This document shows positions 14,356 to 26,915 of a stretch of DNA of 64,000 nucleotides, piece after piece. The stretch spans positions 157,172,001 through 157,236,000 of the forward strand of contig NC_058368.1 in assembly GCF_018350175.1 (NCBI RefSeq), given 5' to 3'. This DNA comes from Felis catus (lineage: Eukaryota). The translations under genes and the position numbers were made by a program. The notes beneath the pieces were generated by a model, which worked only from the letters and a program-made list of their open reading frames with translations, was not told where the DNA came from and did not search any database. Every line of letters starts with the position of its first letter. Within the stretch, counting starts at the first letter, position 1.

Positions 14356-16107
14356 CTACTTGAGTGTCAGGAAATCTGGACCTGCCATTGAGCAATCTTA
14401 AGAAAGCCACTTAACATCTCTGGTCTTCAGTTTCCTCAAGGAGAGGAGGAGCGCAACTGGATCAATAAATCTAACAGGTCAAAAATATGAGTCATATTTT
14501 TTAAAAGCTGCCCAAGTAATCCTGATGCCTCCATCAAATGCCTCCCCATGCTCCCTGAAAATGCTGTGTAAAAAGAGTGAAAGTATTCATACCACCCAAC
14601 CATCCTGCCGGCTTCCACTCCACACTGTTACGGGTCAATTCACAAAACTGTTTTCCATATCATTTCACCCTAACCAATTCCCACATTTTCTTTCACTATG
14701 ACAACATTGCCCTCTCTTAGACAGATGAGAGTTTTCACTGAAATTGTAGGGTAAGAAAGCAGACTGACCCCAATGTGACTATATCAAATATGTTCAAAAT
14801 AAATAGTGGTGATGAATGTTTAAACGCCACCTGTCAAGGGAATAAATATTATATGTAGAGCTACTGCTTTCAGAAATAACAGCTATTTGCTAAGGTAAAA
14901 GTTTGAAATAGAAAACCAAAAGGTTCTAGTGTAAGAAAACAAAACTAGTAGCTAAAATGAAATCAGTTAAGATTTTACATATTCTAGAGAAAAAAAGAAT
15001 ATTGACATGAGTTGAGCCAGATTATTATTTTTATACACATCCACATAACACTTCTAGCAACCTGTCACCAATCTAAATAGCACAAATTCCATTCTATCCA
15101 ACAATGCTGCCTCCCAAAAACCCAACAAATGGGGTAACTACCAAAGTTAACAATGCTTTAACCTCTGATATGTCCAATTAGTTGACCCCACCCTCTTTTC
15201 TACTACTGCCCCACTTCTCAATTCTCATTCCTCCTTCCCCAGCTTAGACTCCCCTGACCCATCACTGTCATCACTCCCTTGCAAACATCCTCAACTCCTT
15301 CTCCTCTCTTCTCCATCATCTTTCTCAACATTCATACTTGACCCACAACATGCCCATTTCTAAGCCTAAGAAGTTGAACATGAAGGGAGAAGCTACACAA
15401 CTGACTTCACTGATGTCCCTTCAATAACATGAAACTTCAAATGGACATTCAGTAGGGCCTGGCAATCCTTTCCAAACCTTACTAGTAAGTTCGTTTTCCC
15501 AATAAATAACAACTACTTCGTACCTTCCTTCGTCTCAAACCTCCTATGCAATTGCTCTTCCACTTTCAGCTTATACCTCACTAAGAAAATACAAGACATC
15601 AGAGGGGAACATGCCCCTCTTCCCACCCCCAAATCTATAAATCTGACAATCTACAAATCTGGATTTACACCTATCTTTCCTCCTGCTAAGATGGAAGAAG
15701 TATCAAGACTCTCCTCTCAAACTTGGGATCCCATCCTCTCTTCCCTTCCCAAGGACTTCACTTCCACCACTACTCTCTCCTTCCTGCACATACAATTCCC
15801 CCCTCTGGACAGGCACATTCCCATCAGCAGCATACAAAGGGGTTTAGAATCTTGAGTCTCCCATTCACAAACCAAATAGAATTACAATGTCAACATACCA
15901 TTAAAGAAGAAGAACTTTATGATACAGTAGTGCTCCATAGTACAGCCCATCAAAAGATACCACCACAGAGGTATTCAGGTTTTAAGAACATGACTTTGAT
16001 AAGTTACCAATACAGAGAGAGACAAAATTAAGAATGGTGAAGTAGTTTGTCCTAGCACAACCATTCTAATGGTGCTACTAAACAACCCAGGCATTTTGTT
16101 ATATTTA

Positions 16108-16344
<237 letters not shown>

Positions 16345-16384
16345 TTATAATAGTTCCAATAAACTTAATTATCTGAAAAAGGCA

Positions 16385-16760
16385 TATGCAATTCCTTCTC
16401 CCAGGAAGATTCTTTCCACCTTAAGGTACATATAGCATATTCCCCTACCTCTTCAGATTTTTATTCAAATGTCATTGCTTGGTGAAACCTTGGTTAGCCA
16501 AGCTAATTAAAATTTCAACACTTCCTCACCCCCAACACCCAACCCCAATATTGCCTTAACTGCATCCCTAACATTTAGCATCTTATACACTATATATTTT
16601 ACTTATTTTATTTACTATCTGTTCCCCCAAACCCAGCAGAATATAAGTTCCATGGAGGCAGGGATTTTTGTCTGTAGTTGTGTTGTGTACTACTTTGTAT
16701 TATTGCCAGCACCTATTATCTGACAAGTTGGACACATTAATAAATATTTGTTAAAATTGA
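16385..16760 (+). mobile_element. L2 3'-end remnant
   Basis: tagaatataagttccatggaggcaggga-type motif followed by aataaatatttgtt, typical of an L2 terminus. Confidence 0.55.
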
Positions 16761-17112
16761 GTTGTACTTGAGTTATACTCATTCTTCATATAGTAGGATA
16801 AAACACAGATGATGTAATATACCAGGACCCAAAATACACATCAACCTCAATCCAATTCTACATTAAGCAAGATTTAGTAGAATAAGCCCAAATATTGTTT
16901 TAACACTGGTTTCTATAAATTATAAATTAACTTTCTTCATGGTAAGTGTCATGCAGAGTTATAGTAGTATAAATTCTGTGAGAGAAATAAATGCGATGTT
17001 TACACTTAAATGAAGGCAATGAAAATGCTAGAGGATTATGCACTAATTTGAACCATAAAAAGATATTTCAAATGGTAGGTAAAATCTTTCTTCATTTAAA
17101 TTTAAGGTATGT

Positions 17113-17560
17113 TAATTTAATTTTAAATTATTTTGACATTTATTAATTTTTGAGAGACAGAGACAGAGTGTGAGCAGGGGAGGGGCAGAGAGGGGGGAAA
17201 CACAGAATCCAAAGCAGGCTCCAGGCTCTGAGCTGTCAGCACAGAGTCTGAGGCAGGGCTTGAACTCACGAACTGTGAGATAATGACCTGAGCCCAAGTC
17301 GGCCACTTAATCAACTGAGCCACTCGGGTACCTCATAAGCTAGTTAATTTAATTAAAAAAAATTGTTTTAATGTTTGTTTTTGAAAGAGAGAGAGAGCAC
17401 AAACAGGGGAGGGGAAGAGAGAGACAGGGAGACACAGAATCTGAAGCAGGCTCCAGGCTCTGAGCTGTCAGCACAGAGCCTGACGCAGGGCTGGAACTCA
17501 CAAACTGTGAGATCATGACCTGAGCTGAAGTGGACGCTTAACTGAGCCACCCTGGTGCCC
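17113..17560 (-). mobile_element. Two tandem SINECs
   Basis: Two reverse-oriented bodies; gttaatttaatt repeated at 17111, 17343 and 17563. Confidence 0.88.
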
Positions 17561-18471
17561 CTAGTTAATTTAATTTTAAATGAACTAACGTACCTTAAGA
17601 TTTCACAACTTACTCTGATATCGGGTAAACAAGTCAAATTCAATCACAACTAAATGTAAAAAAAGAAACACTTGTATTTTTTGATAACTCCACTGAACTC
17701 CAATCTCATCAGGAAACCAACCTGGCTAAATATGAAGTCATTATAGACTGCAGAGGTTCACAGTAGCAAGATGAACCAAGAAGATGGCTCACTGACATGG
17801 TACAGTGACACCCTGTATACCCAAAGAGGCTAAAGCAGAAGTGCAGATCAAAGGAGTTTAAGAAAGTAAGGAATAAAAAGCAAAAGAACAACAGCAACAA
17901 CAACAAAAATCCCAATCCTTTTGACTTAAAAAATGTTAGGTGGAAAGTAATACAAAAATTAACATATCATAAATCAATTTATCTGCAACTAGAATCAGGC
18001 TCCTTAAATACACAGAAAAATGACTTTTTGCCTAATTATGTTAATTATACATTAAAGCATCATATTTCACATGCTCTTATTTTAGAAACTGCTCTCATAC
18101 CTGAGTTTATCTTGGTATACATTTATAGATGCAAACTTCAGTATTTCTTTTTTCTATAGCCTACAGACTTTGACCGGAACAGGCAATAAATTTCAATGCT
18201 GATTTCAAATTTTCTCACACCAGTTATCTTGGCTAGGTAACTCTGCAGATTAAAACAGAAGATAAATCAATGATGATAACAACTAATCTGGGCCAACAGC
18301 AAGGGATTACAAGAGACATCCAAGGAGGAAAAAAAAAAATTAAAAAGGAACAAAAACAGTTTTAAGTCTAAACAAAAGCAAACGGAAGAATTCAACTTTA
18401 CAAGGAAAAGGATCACCATCTTTTCTATCGTCCAACACTTGAGTGGAAGCACGTTCAAACAAGGTAAAACT

Positions 18472-18690
18472 GGGGTGCCTGGGTGGCTCAGTTGGTTCAG
18501 TGGCCAACTTGGGCTCAGGTCATTATCTCACAGTTTGTGGGTTGAGCCCCTTGTTGGGCTCTGTGCTGATAGCTCAGAGCCTGGAGCCTGCTTCGGATTC
18601 TGTGTCTCCCGCTCTCTCTGCCCCTCTCCCGCTTGCTTTCTCTGTCTCTGTCTCTCACAATAATAAATTTAAAAAGACAATAAAAACAAG
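18472..18690 (+). mobile_element. SINEC
   Basis: TSD aaacaaggtaaaac. Confidence 0.9.
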
Positions 18691-18745
18691 GTAAAACCAG
18701 CCATCACTTGTCCTACATGCAACTCCCAAACTATGCACTGCAAAT

Positions 18746-18747
<2 letters not shown>

Positions 18748-18795
<48 letters not shown>
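18748..18795. repeat. (AC)n microsatellite, about 24 units
   Basis: Uninterrupted AC run. Confidence 0.97.
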
Positions 18796-18799
<4 letters not shown>

Positions 18800-20406
18800 A
18801 AAAGGCTCTTGTTCTAAAGAATATAATCTAAATCAGAAGAAAGACCTAAGACATATGAGTCATCAGAGAATCAAACACTAACTATGGATAATGAGTACAA
18901 CTGCAATAGGAGTTCAAAGAAGGAAAAGTGTGAAGTGAAGTAATTAAGGGGTACTAGGAAAACACAGAATTTAAGAATGTTGGGAGGAAAGAGGTTGCTC
19001 CAGTTAGAAGCAACTGCATTAGCCAAGGCAGAGAAATAGGAATGAACACATGTAGGAAACAATGAGAAAACTGAGCAGTGTGGAACAAAAGGGACTTGCT
19101 GAGGACAAGAAGAAAATGAGGCTTGGTGGATAATGTAGAGCACGAGACTACAGAAGACCTTAAACGTCAGACAGACAGACAAGTTTAGATTTACATACAG
19201 CAGCCAACACAGAGCTGTTAAATGCCTCTACATGAGTTATTTTTAAAGACCACAATAGATAAACTCCATTGTTCCCTTGGTAACCAATTAATGTTTAATA
19301 CCCTTCCATATCCCTATATGTCCCTACATGTAATTACAATTACTCTTGCTGCAGTGGAATTGCTATTCTTCTCTTCCTAATCCTTCACGTGATTTGGAAT
19401 TTAGCATAATATGCTAGCACTGAGGCCCTCTCTCTTCACAAAACATTTATACAGGTAGAGATATACAGATATGGACAAGGTAGATATATAGACATAGATT
19501 AGTTTCAGGAGATTAACCTATTTTTGAAAAGACAAAATAATCTGTCCCTTTCTAGGCCTAAAACCTTCTTCCTATTTTGGGAGCTGGGGTGGAGAAGAGA
19601 GAGGCTCATCCATTCATTTTCTAAAAAAAGTTTTCCTAAGTACTAACCTTCCACAAGGTATCAACAAAGGTAAAAATCTACTTAAAAAATGATTCCATGT
19701 AACCACATACACCTGTATTTGGGACATTTCCCTCTGTTTCACGCACATCCAAGATGTCAAAGTAAAATCTAGCTCTCTTAAGTGTCTTTAATATTCTTCC
19801 ACAAAGTGTGTTTAATGGTCATCCACAGCCGCACCCACTTTCCCCTGACAATCTCTCCTATTTTTTTCTTCTCAATCTCATGTGATTCTTTAAAAAAAAA
19901 AAAAAAAGCATTCGTTTTTGCACACTTTCACTCAGTTAAAGGGTTTATAGTACCAAACCAAAAGGGTTTTTATTCAACATATCAAGCACAGAAAGTAGCA
20001 ACAGCTGCACTTAAAAAAGTTAGAAAGTATCAAACATGCCAAAATGTTAAACCTCAAAACTAACAAATGTAGGTGGATGAATTGCTACACACCCCAGCTA
20101 AAGCTATGGAACCTTCAACTACATTCTGTTGTGCACATACAAAGACTCCATACAGCAAAAGTAACAAAAACAAAACAATAAATAATAATAACAATGACAA
20201 TGGAAACAAATTACACAAAAGCAAAACATGATACTTTTAAATCTAGTAACAAAAGTCCAAAGGTATTTTGTGATGACCTATAGTCTGGCATAACAGCCTA
20301 GAGGTATATCATCCCACCCTTCCTTTGAAAGGAATTGGTAAAAACAATCATTAAGTAAAAATAGACTCCAATTACCTGTTACATATTCAGCATTCTGGAT
20401 ACTTAC

Positions 20407-20473
20407 CTTTTACCTATTATCTTCTACCTTCTTTTTGACTTGAATTTCAGATTGTTCCTTGACCATTATCCAC
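20407..20473 (-). other. SKIC3: Probable SKIC3 5' leader exon with alternative donors (exon ends 20414, 20407 or 20376)
   Basis: tttatttag acceptor; consensus AAG|GTAAGT donor; purine-rich, non-repeat body between the promoter and the ATG exon. Confidence 0.7.
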
Positions 20474-20904
20474 CTAAATAAAGTAAAACATCAAGTAGTT
20501 AAGCAAATAAAAAGGATGATAACCCAAAACTCTGTGAATTTTTTAACATACCAAATTCAGGTTTAATTTTCATAATTCATAATTTAAAACACAAGAAATA
20601 ATTAGGTATAATTTTTCATCTTTTTCTTCTTTCCCCAATTTCTGAATTGGTCTGTGTTCCCACAGACTCTGGTGATAAAAGGAACATCCATAAGCAATCA
20701 GAAAAATGCTCCAAAAACATTCCAGAAACTCAAAATACATTAACCACAATATAAAAAATTGAGCCAAAACAAGAGTATCAACTATTTCTATGCTACTTTA
20801 TTTTGAATCAAGGACAATTAATACCACTTATTTACTCCCCATGTGGAGCCCAACTACACTAAAGTGACCCTGTTTTATGCCATGTAAAGAATTATAAATA
20901 TGTA

Positions 20905-21380
20905 GGGATGCCTGGGTGACTCAGTTGAGCATTTGACCTCAGCTCAGGTCATGATCTCGATGTTCATAGGTTGGAGCCCAATGTTGGGCTCTGTGCTGAC
21001 AGCTCAGAGCCTGGAGCCTGCTTTGGATTCCGTGTCTCCCTCAATCTGCCCCTCCCCTACTCGTGCTCTCTCTCTCTTTCTCAAAAATAAATAAACATTT
21101 AAAAAAATTTAAATTAAAAATCAAATTATAGGGGCCCCTGGGTGGCTCAGTTGGTTGGGCGTCCGACTTCAGCTCAGGTCATGATCTCACAGTTTGTGGG
21201 TTCAAGCCCCGCATCAGGCTCTGTGATGACCGCTTGCCACAGCCTGGAGCCTGCTTCAGATTCTGTGTCTCTTTCTCTCTCTGCCCCTCCCCCACTCACA
21301 CTTTGTCTCACTCTGTTTCTTAAAAAAAAAATAAATAAATGTAAAAAAAATTTTTAATAAATCAAAATAAAAATCAAATT
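20905..21380 (+). mobile_element. Two nested SINECs (20905-21120 and 21131-21375)
   Basis: TSD aaaaatcaaattata flanks the second copy; aattataaatatgta/aattataaatacgta flanks the pair. Confidence 0.9.
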
Positions 21381-21780
21381 ATAAATACGTAAAACATTGC
21401 CCACATCATGTAACTAGATTAATTTATAATCTAATGAAACTAGAGAGCACTTTTTAAAATGTCAAAAATCCCATCTAAATAAACATCTGAAATATTCACA
21501 CAAATTCAACATGATATAATTCTAAGTATCTTTTGATGGGATCTCTGGAATAAATTCTATCAAAATTAACTCAGAATGTTTCATGGACAGAATGGAAGTG
21601 GCTTCAAAGAACTGAAAAAAAAAAAAAAAAAGCCATGCTACTTTAAACAAGGAAATAAAATTTAAGTGAAGCAGGTGGGGGTGAACAAAAAAGAGAAAGT
21701 GAGTTTACTGGCAGTATACTTAAATAGAGTGGTTAGTTCTAGAGAAAACAGTCTTACTATTAAGAAAAAAAGTACTGGGG

Positions 21781-22256
21781 CCTTCTCTTTCCTCCATCTT
21801 TCCATGCCACCACAATGGTGCTCATGAATGTCCTGGCAGATGCTCAAGAGCATTAACAATGACAAGAGAGGCAAACGCCAGGTTCTTACTAGGCCATGCT
21901 CCAAAGTCATCATCTGGTTTCTAACTCTGATGATGAAGCATAATTACATTGGCAAATTTGAAATCACTGATGATCACTGAGCTGGGAAAGCTGTTGTGAA
22001 CCTCACCAGCAGGTTAAACAAGTGTGGAGTGATCAGTTCCAGATTTGATGTACAACTCAAAGATCTAGAAAAATGGCAGAATAATCTGCTCCCAGCCTGC
22101 CAATTTGATTTCACTGCACTGACAACCTCAGTTGGCATCAGGGACCAGGAAGAAGCAAGAGGAAAACACACAGGAGGGTAAAATTCTGAGATTCTTTTTC
22201 TAGGTATGTAATACAAGCATGCAAATAAAATGCCTCAATGTAAAACAAAAACAAAA
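21781..22256 (+). pseudogene. RPS15A: Processed RPS15A (40S ribosomal protein S15a/uS8) pseudogene
   Basis: ATG at 21815 ([10 protein letters not shown]...), then RPCSKV and [33 protein letters not shown]...[10 protein letters not shown], stop at 22201; intronless, with frameshifts and an internal TGA; pyrimidine 5'TOP-like leader; AATAAA at 22224; A-tail; TSD aaaagtactg/aaaagtattg. Confidence 0.95.
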
Positions 22257-22622
22257 GTATTGTGATCTAAATAATGTTTAAGAAAGTAAAATAAAAGTTA
22301 AAACAAGAGGGACAAGGAGGGAAGGTAAAATAAAAGTAAAAACCTGATTCTATCCATTATACTAACTTCTCTGAGCTCCAAACCAACCTGACTGTAATTT
22401 ATTACTCAGTCACTTCAACACTGTTCCTACAAAACACCCTAGATTTTGTCAGCACCTTCATGATACCATACCCACTCACAAAACCACAACTCATCTGGAC
22501 TCCAGTACAACCCGACCTTGGACACCTTACTTAACTACTCCAAGCCTATTTCCTTATTGGTAAAGTGAGGATTATATCACTTACTTCATATGTATGTAAA
22601 TGCAGTGCCTGAATATGTTACA

Positions 22623-22924
22623 CAGTTGACCTCAAATAACACTAGTTTGAGGTCCACTTAGAAATACATTTTTTCTCTTTCTTATGATTTCTTAATAACC
22701 TTTTCTCTAGCTTACTTTATTGTAAGAATACAGTATACAATATATATAACATACAAAATTATGTGTTAACTTTGTATTATCATTAAGTATAATATCGATG
22801 TATTATCTAGTCAACAGTAGGCTACTAGTAATTAGGTTTTTGAGGAGTAAAAATTACACATGGATTTTTGACTGCTTGGTAGGGATCAGCACTCCTAATT
22901 CCTACATAGTTCAAGGGTCAACTG
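22623..22924. mobile_element. Tigger2-derived MITE (TcMar-Tigger)
   Basis: Terminal inverted repeats CAGTTGACC...GGTCAACTG. Confidence 0.8.
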
Positions 22925-23642
22925 CATATTAGTTCTATTCTCCTTATCTACTTACTGTCCTTATCAATCAACTTCACTACTTTTTTTTCTATTCCTAACC
23001 CACATGGTTACTACAAACTTTCTCGACACATTTAAAAACCCTAATGTGTATCAAGAAGTAACTTTCTCACCAATGTTCCTCAAAAGATGCTATCACCAAA
23101 CACAAGTATCTTCTTTGAAGCACATGAATACTAGTCCAGAGTAAAGCCTGCAAAAGAGATCACTCCATCCTCTGAACCACTGAAACATTTATTAGTTGAG
23201 CTATTCAATTCAAACTTAGCCAATATTTTTTTTACTATGCTATACTGATGTCTCCTGACTCCCAGATCAATAAATCCCCAAAGAAAAGTATTATATCTTT
23301 GGAGCTCGTTACATCCCAACAACTATTGAGTAATATGTACTCAATAAATGGTGGATTATCCAGCTCCGAAGGCCTACTCTAAACATTTAGTTTTCCCCCT
23401 TCCAAAAGGCAGTAGTTCTCAATTTGCTAAAATGAGAAAGGAAGCAACTCTTTTCAGTATCAGCTCACATTACTTTTTTCACTATCCCCCAATACTTTCC
23501 ACTTATACATCTTTGCTTCTCTCATTCAGCCTGTTCATACTTGCTTCTATCTACTCAAATGGTACATGTAATCAAAGCCAAATTCAAGTGTCAAGCATAA
23601 AAGCTTCTCAGATGAATCTCACTAGTTTGAACCTCTAACACT

Positions 23643-23868
23643 TTTATTTTTATTTTTTTAAGTTTATTTACTTATTTTGAAAAAGAGAGAGAGAGAACGA
23701 GCATGAGTAGGGGAGGGGCAGAGAGAGAGGGGGAGAGAGCATCACAAGCAGACTCAGCACTGTCAGCACAGAGCCCGACCTGGGGTTAGATGTCACAAAT
23801 CATAAGGTAACAACCTGAGCCAAAATCAAGAGTCAGACACTTAACCAACTGAGCCAACCAGGCATCCC
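23643..23868 (-). mobile_element. SINEC
   Basis: TSD tgaacctctaacactttt / tgaacgtctaacactttt. Confidence 0.88.
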
Positions 23869-25614
23869 TGAACGTCTAACACTTTTAATCTATACTAACA
23901 TTTCCAAAAAGTATTCCAAGGAATATTCCTATGCTTAAAGGTATTAATACACCATCTACTAATTTTGTTAATACTCACATTATATATCTCACTCTTTTAC
24001 AGTCATTCTAAATGTATATTAGCACTCTAAGCGTTCTGAGAAGTCCTAAAGGCCCAAAGATATTTTAACCTAGCATTTCTAAAACTTATGTTATGATGGA
24101 ACATTTACTTTAACAGACAGCAATTAATTTTGAAGCACATGAGCATCCTCCAAAGCATAATTTGGGATAGTCTGGGTTTTATTTTTGTATGCTTGGCAAT
24201 TAACTATATTTTTTATACCTTTTATACTGTCATTAAATTTAAAGGTAACGTGCTTGTTTCCCACAACTAAACTGGAAGCTCCTTAGAAGCAAATACTATT
24301 TCTATTACTCTTTTATTTCCTACAGTGTCTAATACATTGTAGATAATCAACAAATATTCACAGAATCACAAATGGTGAAGACAATCCTGATTTTATTCCA
24401 TGTACTCACTAACTTCACACTTAGCCTCCTTTTCCTAAGGCAGAATATAGTGCTGTGGGTACAATGGACATTAAAAGAACTATAAAGAATCATAATCTAT
24501 ACCAAGGCCTTTCAATTGAAGATCTTTCAGAACTGCGGTTAAGTATTTCACAAAAGTAAGAAACCTCTAGCATACAAATCTTTAACTGATGATTTAAACG
24601 TACATGTAATGGAGTGCCTACCCTCACTGTGACACATATGTAGGCATGTGCACACATAAAGACGTGCACAAACACCCCACAAAAGTACCTTTTCGGATAG
24701 TTACTGATTTGTAAAAATGCTTTATGTCCACAAAAGAGTGATCAAAATCACGAAGAAACGTTACAATTATATAATGAGCTGAAGGAAATGGGGAAGGCCT
24801 TGGGGGAAAAAAAAAATGGTGAAGAAAGAAGCAGGAAGTATTGTTGAAAAGGCGATTAACCAGGTAAAAATGAAGAGAAATGGACCAACGAATGATTAAA
24901 AGTAGAGGGAGACTGACTTCAGCTCAAAATAAGAACGTTTAATAATTAAACATGACAAATGTGGAACGGGCTGCTCAAAGGAAGTGCATTCCCATCACTA
25001 CAGATAAAAAAGCACAGACTGGACAATTCACTTGGCAGGAATGTTGCAAGAAAAAGTGAATGTCAGATGGGAAGTAGGACTAGAAGCCTCTTAAGATTTT
25101 TCCAGCACTGTATCTCTGGGGCCCTAAAATATCCATCTTGCTCCAACTCACTGCAGCACCTGCTCCCACGGGCACTGCCAAAGGGAGAGAGAGGAAAAAA
25201 GAGATGTGTCCCTGTCATTCTAACCAGGACTTCAGAATATATGTCCTGTGAAAACAAGGCCATAGAGAGTAAACACTGTTCACAAAAATAGTACCACACC
25301 ACAGATATAGTTTTTACAAATCTAAAGGTCAGTCGACAATGTTTCTATGATAAGATGCATTCCACATTCAGAATTAACTCGAAACAAATTTTTGAAACAT
25401 ATCCTGATCCTGAGGTAGCCTATGTACATTACCTCCCGTACCATACAACTACAATTTCATGGATGTTAGTTTTGTTTCCCTACAGCGTAAGTTCCTTGTG
25501 GAAGGGAACTAATGTTTATGTTTGTATTCTCACACAGGGCTTTAGAATGCTCCTTAAGAATTTGTCTATACATATAGAGTTTAGGCTCAACAGAAAGTCA
25601 TGAAATTTTATAAC

Positions 25615-25790
25615 TAGGAACAGAGAACTGCAGTGAGTTCGAGCACAGACTACTGAAGTTCAAATCCTGCTCAGACTGGCTCCCTGTGTAATCTGGGGTA
25701 AATCATTGAACCTGTCCAAGCCTCAGTTCTCCTATCTGCAAAATGATGAAAGTGAGGATCACAGAGAATATTGAGTTGATTTTATGTTAA
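25615..25790 (+). mobile_element. MIR remnant
   Basis: gttcaaatcctgctc...gcctcagttctcctatctgcaaaatg core motif. Confidence 0.7.
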
Positions 25791-26513
25791 GTACCGCAAT
25801 TTCTCCTTTTCCTATCAAAATATTAACACGACTAACGTGACGAACAAATTATATAACTGAAACTATGATAATGAAATAAAAATTTGGCTCTGGGGCAGAA
25901 ATTGGCTTCTTCCAGAACTCTCCAAAGTAGTTCAACAGTCAAGAGAGACCAGTGATTTTTCTGCAGAACAATGGTATTCTGAACCTGTGCCGATTAATCC
26001 AGCTAGTCACACAGCTCAACATTTCTTCCTGCGAGAACCTGTTCCCCTTCTCTCCTTTGCACTCTGAAGGCAAGAGGCACCTAAGCTTTTCCCCGTCTAG
26101 AACATGATTACTAGGCCCCGCGCCCCGCTCCCCACTCCACGGAGCACGATCAATCCTACTGCACTGACAAGAAGATGTGGCAGGCTAGCAATTTCCTCAA
26201 GGGAATACATTCGAGAGCCCCACGAATCCACAACGTACCTGAGGCTGTAGAGTCAGAAGCCCCACAAAGAACCGCCCCATCTAACTTAAGTGACAGACGC
26301 GCTGCCACCTCATCATCGCCTAGTTCACGGTCTCGGCTGATACTCAGCCATGCCTGCGCGACACAAAATGAGCAGCTCCGGCCCCTGACACTATCTCTCG
26401 CCAGTTATCATTTCAACCGCGTACTGCCTCCAACTTCTGCAAAAGCTACAGCGAGCGACCCAAACCCACCTGGGACAGATGCTTCTCCTCCAAACGCCAA
26501 GGCAGCAATCCGG

Positions 26514-26524
26514 GCGCATGCGCA
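26514..26524. promoter_or_regulatory. NRF1 motif GCGCATGCGCA; further NRF1-like sites at 26620-26639
   Basis: Match to the YGCGCAYGCGCR consensus. Confidence 0.7.
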
Positions 26525-26538
26525 TTCCGCAGGCATAG

Positions 26539-26548
26539 TTCACGTGAC
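26539..26548. promoter_or_regulatory. E-box / CLEAR-like element TTCACGTGAC
   Basis: 9/10 match to GTCACGTGAC, about 230 bp upstream of the ARSK ATG. Confidence 0.65.
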
Positions 26549-26643
26549 TGAAAGTAGCTGAGTTTTAGCACGCTCGGTATTTGCTTAAAAGGCCTTAATG
26601 TGTTAAGGAATGCCCCCTGTGCGCATGTGCCCATGCGCAGCCC

Positions 26644-26659
26644 GCTGGGAATTGTAGTT
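26644..26659 (-). promoter_or_regulatory. ZNF143/THAP11-associated motif AACTACAATTCCCAGC
   Basis: Exact ACTACAnnTCCCA motif on the minus strand; GC box CCCCGCCCAC at 26706-26715. Confidence 0.75.
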
Positions 26660-26777
26660 CTGCCAGTAAAACGCTAGAAGGAAACCAAACTGTGAACTGT
26701 GTGATCCCCGCCCACCTCTCTCCAGAGGCGTGCCTAGAGGGAGGCGGCGGCCCAGCGCCGCTGAGCCGCTCTCTGCA

Positions 26778-26915
26778 ATGCTGGTGCTGTGGGTGTCGGT
26801 GGTCGCAGCCACAGCGCTGGCAGCCCCAGACCCCGGGGCAGGTGGGCAGAGGCGAGGAGCTGCTGGGGTTTGGCCCGTTGCACCCAACGTGGTGCTAGTC
26901 GCGAGCGACTCCTTC
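26778..26915 (+). CDS. ARSK: ARSK coding exon 1, signal peptide plus sulfatase N-terminus: MLVLWVSVVAATALAAPDPGAGGQRRGAAGVWPVAPNVVLVASDSF
   Basis: Hydrophobic signal peptide; sulfatase PNVVLV..D motif; TTC|GTAAGT donor. Confidence 0.96.

Noticed and set aside
17722..17812. Possible extra 91-nt SKIC3 leader exon (tatacag acceptor, CAG|GTTGGT donor on the minus strand)
   Set aside because: Only splice-like motifs, which arise often by chance; needs RNA evidence
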